NCBI GenBank assembly: GCA_930990515.1
Contig: CAKNPS010000002.1
Span: 189,327-253,326, forward strand
From: an uncultured Clostridia bacterium
GTDB taxonomy: Bacteria > Bacillota > Clostridia > Christensenellales > UBA1242
Direction: 5' to 3'
DNA: 64,000 nt
Shown: positions 28,863 to 37,853 of the stretch, in pieces
How positions within the stretch are numbered: position 1 is the first letter of the stretch
Layout: every line of letters starts with the position of its first letter
Position numbers and translations under genes: made by a program
The notes under the pieces: generated by a model
Seen by the model: the letters and a program-made list of their open reading frames with translations, nothing else
Database searches by the model: none
What the model was told of the DNA's origin: nothing

Positions 28863-28891
28863 TTGAAATTTAAAAAAATATGTGCTAAAAT
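28863..28891 (+). promoter_or_regulatory. Sigma-A-type promoter for typA
   Basis: TTGAAA (28863-28868), 17-nt spacer, extended -10 TGcTAAAAT (hexamer 28886-28891). Confidence 0.55.
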
Positions 28892-28974
28892 ATAAAAGAA
28901 GTCAAGTTCTGACTTTTTTTGTCGTCTAAAAAACGAGATTTTGAACATAGTTCATTAAACTTACGAGGTAAATT

Positions 28975-30807
28975 ATGGAAAATACAAAGATTAGAAATGT
29001 GGCAATCATCGCACACGTTGACCACGGCAAGACCTCTCTTGTCAATGAAATGCTTAAACAAGGGAATGTTTTTAGAGATAATCAAGTGGTGGAAGATAGA
29101 GTTATGGACAGTAACGCACTTGAAAGAGAAAGAGGTATCACAATTTTGAGCAAAAATGCCTCTTGTCTTTATAATGGCGTTAAAATCAATGTCGTGGACA
29201 CTCCGGGACACGCTGACTTCGGCGGGGAAGTGGAAAGAGTTTTGAAAATGGTTGACGGAGTTCTTCTCGTTGTCGATGCTTATGAAGGTCCAATGCCTCA
29301 AACTCGTTTTGTGCTTGAAAAGGCCCTTGCTCTTGGACTAAAAGTTATTGTTGTTGTCAACAAAATTGATAGACCAGATGCTCGCATAAAGGAAGTTGTT
29401 GATGAAGTTTTGGAACTTTTCCTTGAACTTGATGCAAATGAAGAACAACTTAATTCTCCATTTGTTTTCGCTTCTGCAAGAGAAGGAATTGCCTCTACTG
29501 ATGAAAACAAAAAAGGCACAGATTTAAAACCACTTTTTGAAACAATCATAAACTATATTCCAGCACCAAGTGGCGACGAAAAAGCAGGGCTCAAAATGCT
29601 TGTTTCTTCCGCTGAACACAATGACTATGTTGGAAAACTTGCAGTTGGTAAAGTGGAAAGGGGAGAAATTCGAGTTGGACAAAACGTGGTGGTATGTAAC
29701 TATCACGATGAAAACAAAAAAGTTAAGTCAAAAATTGTCAGCCTTTTTGTTTACCAAGGGCTTAAGCGTGTGAATGTCGAAAAAGCAACAGTTGGCGAAA
29801 TTGTTTGCGTTGCGGGGCTTACTGATGTGACAATCGGCGACACAATCTGCGATGAAACAGCGGTTGAACCTATTGAATTTGTCAAGATTGCTGAACCTTC
29901 TGTTGAGATGACTTTTATGGTTAATGACAGCCCATTCGCTGGAAAAGAAGGAAAATTTGTGACATCTCGTCATCTTCGTGATAGACTTTATAAAGAAGCA
30001 GTCAAAGATTTGTCACTTAGAGTTACCGACGGCGACACTGCAGAAAAGTTCAAAGTTTGTGGGCGTGGAGAAATGCATCTTTCCATTCTCATTGAAAATA
30101 TGCGTCGTGACGGTTATGAATTTCAAGTTTCACAACCAAAAGTTTTAATTAAGGAAATTGATGGTGTGAAATGTGAACCTATTGACCTACTTTATCTTGA
30201 TATACCTGAAGATAGTGTGGGAACAGTTATGAACAAAATGGGTGTGCGAAAAGGCGAACTTCAAAGTATGACACCACATGGAAGCCGTATGCGTATGGAA
30301 TTTTTGATCCCATCTCGTGGACTTTTTGGTTTCAAAAGTGAGTTTTTGACTGATACTCGTGGTGAGGGAATTTTAAGTTCGGTTTTCCATGACTATGAAC
30401 CATATAAAGGGGAAATTAATCGCCGTGATTATGGTGCTTTAATTGCTCATGAAGACGGAGAAGCCATTGTGTATGGTCTTTATAACGCACAAGAGCGTGG
30501 CGAACTTTTCATTGGACCGGGAACTCCTGTGTATGCTGGTATGGTTGTTGGTATCAATCCAAAAGGTGGCGACATTGTTGTCAATGTTTGCAAGCGTAAA
30601 CACTTGTCAAATATGAGAGCATCAGGTTCTGACGATGCTTTAAGACTTACTCCTCCAAGAATTATGAGCCTTGAAGATTGCATTGAATTTTTGGCTGATG
30701 ATGAATATCTGGAAGTAACTCCAAAATCAATTAGAATTAGAAAAATTATACTTGACCACAATATGCGTTTAAGAGAACGCGGAAAAATGCTTAGAGGCGA
30801 AATTTAA
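28975..30807 (+). CDS. typA: Translational GTPase TypA/BipA
   Basis: '[18 protein letters not shown]', '[14 protein letters not shown]' and 'NKIDR' G-motifs are present. At 610 aa it has the TypA-specific C-terminal region. The SD GAGG lies upstream. Confidence 0.95.
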   Translation: MENTKIRNVAIIAHVDHGKTSLVNEMLKQGNVFRDNQVVEDRVMDSNALERERGITILSKNASCLYNGVKINVVDTPGHADFGGEVERVLKMVDGVLLVVDAYEGPMPQTRFVLEKALALGLKVIVVVNKIDRPDARIKEVVDEVLELFLELDANEEQLNSPFVFASAREGIASTDENKKGTDLKPLFETIINYIPAPSGDEKAGLKMLVSSAEHNDYVGKLAVGKVERGEIRVGQNVVVCNYHDENKKVKSKIVSLFVYQGLKRVNVEKATVGEIVCVAGLTDVTIGDTICDETAVEPIEFVKIAEPSVEMTFMVNDSPFAGKEGKFVTSRHLRDRLYKEAVKDLSLRVTDGDTAEKFKVCGRGEMHLSILIENMRRDGYEFQVSQPKVLIKEIDGVKCEPIDLLYLDIPEDSVGTVMNKMGVRKGELQSMTPHGSRMRMEFLIPSRGLFGFKSEFLTDTRGEGILSSVFHDYEPYKGEINRRDYGALIAHEDGEAIVYGLYNAQERGELFIGPGTPVYAGMVVGINPKGGDIVVNVCKRKHLSNMRASGSDDALRLTPPRIMSLEDCIEFLADDEYLEVTPKSIRIRKIILDHNMRLRERGKMLRGEI

Positions 30808-30824
30808 TTTAATATTAAAAAAAT

Positions 30825-30854
30825 ACTTTAACAACTTTAGTTAAGGTGTTTTTT
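30825..30854 (+). terminator. Intrinsic terminator after typA
   Basis: Stem actttaac (30825-30832) / gttaaggt (30840-30847), 8 bp including one G.U, with a 7-nt loop, followed by gTTTTTTaTTT. Confidence 0.45.
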
Positions 30855-30939
30855 ATTTAAATCTAATTTTAAAATTAAAATATTATAGGAACATTATCTA
30901 ACTTTCTAATTTCATATTTCCACATTTTTTCAAAACGCA

Positions 30940-30968
30940 TTGACTTTTGAAAAGAAATTTGGTAAAAT
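30940..30968 (+). promoter_or_regulatory. Sigma-A-type promoter for the WG-repeat gene
   Basis: TTGACT (30940-30945), 17-nt spacer, extended -10 TGgTAAAAT (hexamer 30963-30968). Confidence 0.55.
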
Positions 30969-31000
30969 GCATTTGAAAAATAAAGAAAAAGGAGAAAAAC

Positions 31001-32014
31001 GTGAAAGAAATATACCCTAAACCAGTCTATGTAGATGATGGAAAACAAACTTTTCAAGATGCAGATGGTTCTCTTTGGCCAGTGAGGTTTAAAAGAGCTT
31101 TGGATTTCAGAGAAGGTTTGGCAGCAATAGAGTTAGGCTTTCATAAATGGACATTTATAGACAAAGATCGTAACATGTGGTCAGAAAGGTTTATAGATGT
31201 GGCGGATGATTTTCATGAAGGCTTTGCAGTAGTCCAACCAGATTATGGTTCTGGTTATAAATTTGTTGATAAAGACCATAACTTTTGGCCAGAGAAATTT
31301 GGAAACTATACTCAGTCTTTCAGAGAAGGATTGGCAGTTGTCCATATATATAAATATGAGGAAAACGCTTTTACATTTGTTGATAAAAATCGTAATTTTT
31401 GGCCAGAAAGGTTCAGTTATGCTATGAGTTTCAGTGATGGCTTAGCGCCAGTTAAATTAGAAGATGGTTGGACATTTGTGGATAAAGATCATAAGTTTTG
31501 GTCAGAGAGATTTAAATCTGCTGGAAGTTTTTGCAGAGGTCTAGCACTAGTTGAATTAGAAGATGGTTGGACATTTGTGGATAAAGATCATAAGTTTTGG
31601 CCAGAGAGATTTAAATATCATCCATCGATCCAATATTATGGACTTTATAAAGTTTATAATACAGGCAGAAAGGATGAAATTTATGTAGATAGAGAACATA
31701 GATTTTATTCAAAAAAGGAAGCAGAAGCATTAGAAAAAATTCATAATAATCCAGAACTATTTTTGGAATTGCCGACGGAAAGTTTTAAGGATGAAAATTT
31801 CATTCAAGGAGCAATTTTGCAAGTGAAAGATGCTTTGATAAAGCCAATCCTAAGTCAAGAAACTGTTGATGATGAATATGAAAAAGCTTGCCTTGAGCTT
31901 CTTGAAAATTGCAAAGAAAAAACTCAAAAAGAACGCCAAATCATTGGACAGCATCAAAAAGAAAATGCAAAGAAGGAAAAAATGATAAATTCCATTAAAG
32001 AGTTTAATTTGTAA
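31001..32014 (+). CDS. WG-repeat (KWG-type) protein
   Basis: About eight ~33-aa repeats of the form F.EGLA.V......W.F[IV]DK..N.W.E.F. It has a GTG start preceded by AAGGAGA. Confidence 0.85.
   Translation: MKEIYPKPVYVDDGKQTFQDADGSLWPVRFKRALDFREGLAAIELGFHKWTFIDKDRNMWSERFIDVADDFHEGFAVVQPDYGSGYKFVDKDHNFWPEKFGNYTQSFREGLAVVHIYKYEENAFTFVDKNRNFWPERFSYAMSFSDGLAPVKLEDGWTFVDKDHKFWSERFKSAGSFCRGLALVELEDGWTFVDKDHKFWPERFKYHPSIQYYGLYKVYNTGRKDEIYVDREHRFYSKKEAEALEKIHNNPELFLELPTESFKDENFIQGAILQVKDALIKPILSQETVDDEYEKACLELLENCKEKTQKERQIIGQHQKENAKKEKMINSIKEFNL
31455..31616 (+). repeat. Near-identical 63-bp direct repeat at 99-bp spacing inside the WG-repeat gene
   Basis: 31455-31517 and 31554-31616 (aattagaagatggttggacatttgtggataaagatcataagttttgg[t/c]cagagagatttaaat) differ at a single position, 31502 versus 31601. 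Confidence 0.9.
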
Positions 32015-32023
32015 GGAGTTTTT

Positions 32024-32101
32024 ATGAAAAAAGAAGAATTTTTGAAGTTAATTGATGAAAAAGTGGAAGAAATTAAAAACTTACTTAAAAAGACAAACTA
32101 A
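32024..32101 (+). CDS. Candidate 25-aa small protein (MKKEEFLKLIDEKVEEIKNLLKKTN)
   Basis: It is below the ORF-track size cutoff. A perfect AAGGAG (32013-32018) lies 5 nt before the ATG and overlaps the WG-gene stop. The ORF is followed by a terminator. The peptide would form an amphipathic helix. Confidence 0.4.
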   Translation: MKKEEFLKLIDEKVEEIKNLLKKTN

Positions 32102-32115
32102 GATATTTAAATTTG

Positions 32116-32143
32116 AAGGGTAGCAATTTGCTATCCTTTTTTG
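32116..32143 (+). terminator. Intrinsic terminator
   Basis: Stem aagggtagc (32116-32124) / gctatcctt (32130-32138) with one G.U, loop aattt, then a T-run. Confidence 0.65.
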
Positions 32144-32192
32144 TTGCAAAAATTTATTATCTTTCTTTTTATTTTAAAAAAAGGTGCAATCG

Positions 32193-32221
32193 TTGACAAA
32201 ATACTTCAAAATTGTTATACT
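32193..32221 (+). promoter_or_regulatory. Sigma-A-type promoter for the dnaB operon
   Basis: TTGACA (32193-32198), 17-nt spacer, extended -10 TGtTATACT (hexamer 32216-32221). Confidence 0.6.
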
Positions 32222-32241
32222 TATGGTAGTAAAGGGAAATT

Positions 32242-32499
32242 ATGAAAGTTTCAGAAAGAATGATTTTAAAACAAAGGTTGAAAAGGTTAGGCTTGTTTTG
32301 CCTAATTGTTTTGATACCAATTTGCTTTTTAGCATTTGGACTTGCTTATGCCGGTCTTTCTCAAGCATGGAACATTGTTATCATAGTTTGCGTGCTTTTT
32401 CTTCTTTTTGGACTTTTTATGATGACTTGCAGTGCACTTGATAAACGAAAAGAGAAGAAACTTAAGGAAAGTGGCAAAAAAGACCCTTTTGCTGACTAG
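32242..32499 (+). CDS. Small two-TM membrane protein, hypothetical
   Basis: 85 aa with two clear hydrophobic helices and a Lys-rich tail. It lies downstream of the promoter and has an AGGG SD. The competing ORF 32184-32441 begins upstream of the -35 box. Confidence 0.55.
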   Translation: MKVSERMILKQRLKRLGLFCLIVLIPICFLAFGLAYAGLSQAWNIVIIVCVLFLLFGLFMMTCSALDKRKEKKLKESGKKDPFAD

Positions 32500-32508
32500 G
32501 AGAAAAAT

Positions 32509-33882
32509 ATGGCAGAATATAAAATATTACCTAATAATTTGGAAGCAGAACAAGCAGTTTTAGGTTCTGTTTTAATTGACCAAGAGGCTCAAACCGATAT
32601 TTTATCTACGCTTTCGCAAGATGATTTTTATTCTGAAGCACACAGAAACATTTTCAAGGCAATGCAAAACATTTTCTCAAAAAGCATTCCTGTTGACTTT
32701 GTGACTCTTACGAGCGAACTTGAAGTTGAAAAGAAACTTGAAAGTGTGGGTGGAATTGATTACATCACGTATCTTACAAATGTTGTTCCATCGGCTGCAA
32801 ACTTCAAACATTATTGTGACATTGTTGTTTCCAATTCTGTGAGAAGAAGTTTAATTAAAGGTGGACAGGCAATCATTGAAGATGCTTTTCAAAATGCTGA
32901 TGAAAAAAATGCTATGCAAAATGCCGAAAAGACAATTTTTGATTTATCACAAAAGGACTCGTCATCTGGGCTTGAACTTGTTGGCAGGCCAGGTGGAGTT
33001 TTAGCAGATGTTTTAAAGGAAATTTCTGAAATTGCTGAAAATCAAGGAAAAATGCGTGGGATTCCAACAGGTTTTCGCGATTTAGATGCTGTTACAAATG
33101 GACTCAACAAGAGCGACTTGATTTTGCTTGCTGCTCGTCCAGGTGTCGGAAAAACTTCTTTTGCCATGAATATTGCTTTGAATGTTGCTTTAAACGAAGG
33201 GAAGAAAGTGGCAATTTTTGCTCTTGAAATGAGCCGTAGCCAACTTGTGCAAAGAGCACTTGCTTCAATCGCAAAAGTAAACTTAACACACATTCTTCGT
33301 GGAACAATGGACCAAGAAGAATGGAAAAGAATTTGGACAGCAGAGAAAAAACTTGCACAAAGTGCACTTTTTATTGACGATAATTCCACAGTTACACCAC
33401 TTGATATTATTTCAAAGTGTCGTAAACTCAAAATGACGGAAGGGCTTGACCTAATAGTTATCGACTATCTTCAACTTATGACCGCAAACAAGAAAGGAAC
33501 AAGAGAAAACAGAACTCAAGAAGTCAGCGACTTAACCAGAATGTTGAAAGTTGCGGCAAAAGATTTGAATGTTCCAATCATCTTGCTTTCACAACTTTCT
33601 CGTAATGTGGAACAAAGAGAAGACCATAAGCCAATTCTTGCTGACCTTCGTGAATCTGGTTCTATTGAACAAGATGCTGATATTGTTATGTTCCTATACA
33701 ATCCTGAAAACTATAACGATGTGACCACAAATGATGAACCGGGAACGGTGTATCTAATCATCGCAAAGCATAGAAGTGGTTCAACTGGAGAGATTAAACT
33801 TAAGTGGATTAAGGAAATCACAACATACACAAATGCGAAGCAAACTTCAAATGAACAAATAACTTCGGAGGTAAATGAATGA
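32509..33882 (+). CDS. dnaB: Replicative DNA helicase
   Basis: The N-terminal 'LPNNLEAEQAVLGSVLID', Walker A 'ARPGVGKTSFAMN', 'VIDYLQLM' and 'LSQLSR' motifs are present. Confidence 0.95.
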   Translation: MAEYKILPNNLEAEQAVLGSVLIDQEAQTDILSTLSQDDFYSEAHRNIFKAMQNIFSKSIPVDFVTLTSELEVEKKLESVGGIDYITYLTNVVPSAANFKHYCDIVVSNSVRRSLIKGGQAIIEDAFQNADEKNAMQNAEKTIFDLSQKDSSSGLELVGRPGGVLADVLKEISEIAENQGKMRGIPTGFRDLDAVTNGLNKSDLILLAARPGVGKTSFAMNIALNVALNEGKKVAIFALEMSRSQLVQRALASIAKVNLTHILRGTMDQEEWKRIWTAEKKLAQSALFIDDNSTVTPLDIISKCRKLKMTEGLDLIVIDYLQLMTANKKGTRENRTQEVSDLTRMLKVAAKDLNVPIILLSQLSRNVEQREDHKPILADLRESGSIEQDADIVMFLYNPENYNDVTTNDEPGTVYLIIAKHRSGSTGEIKLKWIKEITTYTNAKQTSNEQITSEVNE

Positions 33883-34691
33883 AAAAAGGAATTATCATAA
33901 CAGTTGTTTTAGTTGTTATCGCAATCATTTTGGCAATTGTTTTTGTCAATCTTTTTAAAGAACGCGACACAACGGAAATGTCAAATCGTGTGGTTTCTAC
34001 TGTTCAAGACGGATATTTAAATGATGAGAAAGAAGAAGGAGAATTTGAAACAATCAATTCCTATCTTGACAAAGTGTTGGCGACTGGAGATGAACTTACA
34101 ACTGCATATCGCAATGAAGTTCAAAATTTTAAGACCACTTATTTGAACTATACAGTTATTGCTGAATTTTATAGCAAACAAATCATTTTTACAGAATATA
34201 ATGATGCTTATCGCAACAATAAAAGTGATGTTATGAATGGTTTGAATAATGCTCAAAATCGTGTTAATAGTATGGTTAACTATATTAACACAAACAGTTC
34301 TACTTTCGAAGGAAATGCGTATTGGACTGCAAGGTCTTGGGACGATGTTAGGGACTATGTTGTTGATATCATTGACCAAACAAATCGAGCATTCAGGGGA
34401 CTTCAAAACATATATTCTGGTTGTGTAACTTCACAAGTTGCAAACAATGATTTTGCAACTTTGGTTCTTTCCACAATAAACACCGAGTTGGCAAATGTTC
34501 TAGAACATATGAGTGAAAGTGTAAACGACACAGTGGGAACAATGGTAAATGCATATCTTACTGGCACATATCAAGACATAATGACTTATATTTATGATTC
34601 CACTTTACAAGAAAAAGTTAAAGATATTATGGAAAAAAATCAAGAATCCACTTATTATTCTGCTTTGTTAAACGGGACAATTTGTGATTAA
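33879..34691 (+). CDS. Hypothetical N-terminally anchored helical protein
   Basis: ATGA overlap with the dnaB stop, and GGAGG upstream. There is one N-terminal TM (IIITVVLVVIAIILAIVFV). I recognise no family. Confidence 0.65.
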   Translation: MKKGIIITVVLVVIAIILAIVFVNLFKERDTTEMSNRVVSTVQDGYLNDEKEEGEFETINSYLDKVLATGDELTTAYRNEVQNFKTTYLNYTVIAEFYSKQIIFTEYNDAYRNNKSDVMNGLNNAQNRVNSMVNYINTNSSTFEGNAYWTARSWDDVRDYVVDIIDQTNRAFRGLQNIYSGCVTSQVANNDFATLVLSTINTELANVLEHMSESVNDTVGTMVNAYLTGTYQDIMTYIYDSTLQEKVKDIMEKNQESTYYSALLNGTICD

Positions 34692-34701
34692 GGAGTGAAG
34701 T

Positions 34702-35766
34702 ATGGAAAAGACTAAAAAGAGTTTAAAAATTGTTTTGCCGATAGTGTTAATTTTAATAAGTCTTGTTTCAATCATTAGTTTTGCAGGTTGTAATACTGAT
34801 GTCGGAACTCTATCTGAAAACATAGAAAGAATGAATCAATCGCTAGGGGCTTATAGTTTTATTCAAAAAAATAATGGTAAATTAAACACTAGAGATTATT
34901 ATTCCTTGTCTTACGGTGCGGTTGTGAACGAATTAGTTGAAAGCGAAGAAGAAAATTATGACGAACTATACAAATATTACAATTCAATTTTCTCCCTTGC
35001 AATGAGTTATTTTGATGAAAACATATCTGTGGTAACAGGGCTTTCCGATGAAGAAATGAATGATGAAACACGAAATTCCTTAAATGGCTTAAATCAAGCA
35101 ATTGTAGATTTTGTTGATGAATTAAATCCATTTGTTTCTGCGAGAAATCAATTAGTGACATATTTTAATGACTATAGCACTGCAACTGAAGTTGCAAAAC
35201 TAAGTGAACTTCGTTCATTTAAACGCGAATACGCCACTTTTGTTGATAAAGCAGTTCAAATTTCGCTAAATTTGTCAACAGCAGTTCAAGCAACAGGTGA
35301 TTTAGATAATGTAGAAAATGTGGAATTAGTTAAAAATTCCATTTGCAATAAAATGCTTACAATCTACCATAAACTTTTTGTTATGAATATTGGAACTTTT
35401 AACTGGGCAGAATCTCCAGAAACTCCACTTAAAACAAGAGTAAATGCGATAATTTCTAATTTAGAAACAAGTTTCAATTCCTACATTTCCTTATTCCAAA
35501 CAAATAGCGGGTTTAAAGAATTGACTATTGAAGAATTGAATGCAGTTGAAATTGAAGCCGAAAAATTCTTAACTGAAGTTGATGATTATTTGGCAGCAAT
35601 TGATGGCTTAGATTTACATGACTTAGCCATTAATAATTATAATGACTTAGATGAATATCTTAATGAAAATGCAAATGCAGAAATTTATCTTTTGAAAATT
35701 GAACAATTTGTAAATGAAACATTACCAACTTACATTGCAAGATTAGATAACTCTGTGCTTGCATAA
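34702..35766 (+). CDS. Hypothetical lipoprotein
   Basis: The signal peptide carries the lipobox-like SFAG|C (LISLVSIISFAGCNTD), and AAGGAG lies upstream. The mature part is helical and Asn/Glu-rich. Confidence 0.6.
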   Translation: MEKTKKSLKIVLPIVLILISLVSIISFAGCNTDVGTLSENIERMNQSLGAYSFIQKNNGKLNTRDYYSLSYGAVVNELVESEEENYDELYKYYNSIFSLAMSYFDENISVVTGLSDEEMNDETRNSLNGLNQAIVDFVDELNPFVSARNQLVTYFNDYSTATEVAKLSELRSFKREYATFVDKAVQISLNLSTAVQATGDLDNVENVELVKNSICNKMLTIYHKLFVMNIGTFNWAESPETPLKTRVNAIISNLETSFNSYISLFQTNSGFKELTIEELNAVEIEAEKFLTEVDDYLAAIDGLDLHDLAINNYNDLDEYLNENANAEIYLLKIEQFVNETLPTYIARLDNSVLA

Positions 35767-35785
35767 GGATAAAATAGGAGGAAAT

Positions 35786-37417
35786 ATGGATTACAAAAAA
35801 ATAGCAGAAATGTTATTTCCAAACAATAAATTGACAGTTGAAGAGATTGAAAAAAAATATCCACCAAGAAATCTGAAAGAAGGGGCGGAGGTTACTCGTT
35901 TTGCACCAAGCCCAACTGGTTTTATGCATATTGGCGGACTTTTTCAAGCAATTATTGATAAAAACATTGCAAAACGCTCTGGCGGAGTCTATATTTTAAG
36001 AATTGAAGATACTGACAAAAAACGTGAAGTTATTGGTGCGAGCACAATCATACTCAACATTCTTAAAAAATATGGTGCAGAACCAGATGAATATGAAGAG
36101 AAAGGTGTTAAAGTTGTCGGCAACTATGGTCCATATTTTCAAAGTGAAAGGGAAGAAATATATAAGGCTTATGCAAAAAAACTTGTGAGTGAAGGTAAGG
36201 CCTTTCCTTGTTTTTGTCGCAAAACTGAAGGCCTTAATGATGTTAAAGAGAAAAGAGAAAAAATGTTTAGTCTTGGACTTACTGAAGACAAAGACCCTTG
36301 CAGAAATTTAACAGAAGAACAAATTGAAGAATATTTGAAGGACGGAAAACCTTTTGCCATTAAACTTAAGGCTAAAGGAAATGGTCAAAACAAAGTTAAG
36401 ATTTATGATGTTTTGAAAGGCGAACTTGAAATGCAAGAAAATGGTGAAGATGCTGTGCTTTTAAAAAGTGATTTTATGCCTACTTATGCTTTTGCTCATG
36501 CAGTCGATGACCATTTGATGAGAACAACAACAGTTGTTCGTGGAGAAGAGTGGTTGCCATCATATCCACTTCATCTAGAAATTTTTGAAGCGCTTGGTTT
36601 CAAACCTGTTAAATATGTTCACACTCCACTTATTTACAAGATTCGTGAAAATGGCGGAAAAACAAAGATTTCAAAACGTATTGATGCTGAAGCAGATATG
36701 AGATATTTTTCAAAAGAAGGATATGAACCTGAAGCGGTGGAAGAATATTTAGTAAATTTAGCAAATTCCAATTTTGAATTATGGAGAAAGGAAAATCCAC
36801 TTGCTCCACTTTCTGAATTTCCTTTTGACGGATTCAATATCACTGCAAACACACCAGTTTTTGATATTGTGAAATTGAACGATATATCAAAAGAATTGAT
36901 TGCAAAATATTCTGCTGAAAAATGCTATCAAAAACTTCTTGCATGGGCAGTAGAAAATTCTATGGAAAATGTGGAATATCTTAAAAAAGATAAAGAGTAT
37001 GTTATAAAAGTTTTAAACATTGATAGAGAAAAAGACAAGCCAAGAAAGGATATCTATAAATGGGGAATGTTCTTTGATTATTATGATTATATGTTTTCAG
37101 CACCAAAAACCTATCAAATTGATGAAAGTGAAAGAAAGAAATTTGAAGAAGTTTTGAGAGCATATAAAAATTATATAGATTTATCCGACAAAACCGTTTG
37201 GTTTGATAAGATTAAGGAAATGTCAAAAAATTTAGGCTATGCAGTGGACAATAAGGAATACAAGAAAAACCCTGATGCCTTTAAAGGAAATGTTGCAAAA
37301 GTTTGCGAGTTTATTAGAGTTGCTGTTACTGGGCAAAAGAATTCTCCTGACCTTTTTGAAATTATGTCAGTATTAGGGAAGGAAAAAGTTTTGGAAAGAA
37401 TTTCTTTAATTGTTTAA
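35786..37417 (+). CDS. gltX: Glutamate--tRNA ligase (long form, 543 aa)
   Basis: ATG 35786 follows AGGAGG. The class I HIGH motif lies in 'FAPSPTGFMHIGG', followed by 'LRIEDTD', and the KMSKS-type motif is 'KISKR'. The track start at 35759 overlaps the upstream gene. Confidence 0.9.
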   Translation: MDYKKIAEMLFPNNKLTVEEIEKKYPPRNLKEGAEVTRFAPSPTGFMHIGGLFQAIIDKNIAKRSGGVYILRIEDTDKKREVIGASTIILNILKKYGAEPDEYEEKGVKVVGNYGPYFQSEREEIYKAYAKKLVSEGKAFPCFCRKTEGLNDVKEKREKMFSLGLTEDKDPCRNLTEEQIEEYLKDGKPFAIKLKAKGNGQNKVKIYDVLKGELEMQENGEDAVLLKSDFMPTYAFAHAVDDHLMRTTTVVRGEEWLPSYPLHLEIFEALGFKPVKYVHTPLIYKIRENGGKTKISKRIDAEADMRYFSKEGYEPEAVEEYLVNLANSNFELWRKENPLAPLSEFPFDGFNITANTPVFDIVKLNDISKELIAKYSAEKCYQKLLAWAVENSMENVEYLKKDKEYVIKVLNIDREKDKPRKDIYKWGMFFDYYDYMFSAPKTYQIDESERKKFEEVLRAYKNYIDLSDKTVWFDKIKEMSKNLGYAVDNKEYKKNPDAFKGNVAKVCEFIRVAVTGQKNSPDLFEIMSVLGKEKVLERISLIV

Positions 37418-37425
37418 TAAATTTT

Positions 37426-37458
37426 AAAAATAGATAGAGTTTTCTATCTATTTTTTTT
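37426..37458 (+). terminator. Intrinsic terminator after gltX
   Basis: Stem aaaaatagatag (37426-37437) / ctatctattttt (37444-37455) with loop agtttt. The T-run extends to 37458. Confidence 0.7.
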
Positions 37459-37853
37459 ATTTAAGTTCAATTTTCTTTTAAATTTATTAATATTTTTTGT
37501 TTATTTTTATATTAATAATAAGCATTGAAATATAGTCTAAATTAAAGAAATGTTTTATTTAAAATAATTATAAAAATAAAAAACTAATTAAAAATGCAAA
37601 AAAATTAACAAAAAATCAATTTTTTTATGATTTTTAAGGTGTTTTTAATCAATTTTTAAAATATTATTGAATTTTGTTAATATTTTTAATTTGTTTTTTG
37701 TTAAATTAAAATTTATTGAAGATTTACGAAATAAAATTGTGACAATTATTAAATAATATATATAATACTTTTTCTTTAATTTGTTTGCTTTTTTATTTCC
37801 ACTTTTTGTATAATATTATTAGCAGATAGATTTTGGCAGAAGTATGAGGTCGT

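Noticed and set aside
28885-29706. ORFs overlapping typA (28885-29301 minus strand, 28919-29149 plus strand, 29298-29549 minus strand, 29524-29706 minus strand)
   Set aside because: They overlap a highly conserved GTPase gene or its promoter and leader, and they carry no signals of their own.
32184-32441. 85-aa ORF overlapping the small membrane-protein gene in another frame
   Set aside because: It starts upstream of the -35 box of the only promoter in the spacer and has no SD. The alternative frame (32242-32499) encodes clean TM helices.
37598-37710. An invertible promoter (inverton) upstream of the 6444-aa gene, suggested by imperfect inverted repeats (aaaattaacaaaaaa at 37601-37615 versus ttttttgttaaatt at 37695-37708; aattaacaaaaaatcaat versus attgaattttgttaat)
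   Set aside because: The repeats are short, imperfect and made of low-complexity A/T sequence where such matches arise by chance. No recombinase gene is nearby, and the enclosed segment holds no convincing promoter.
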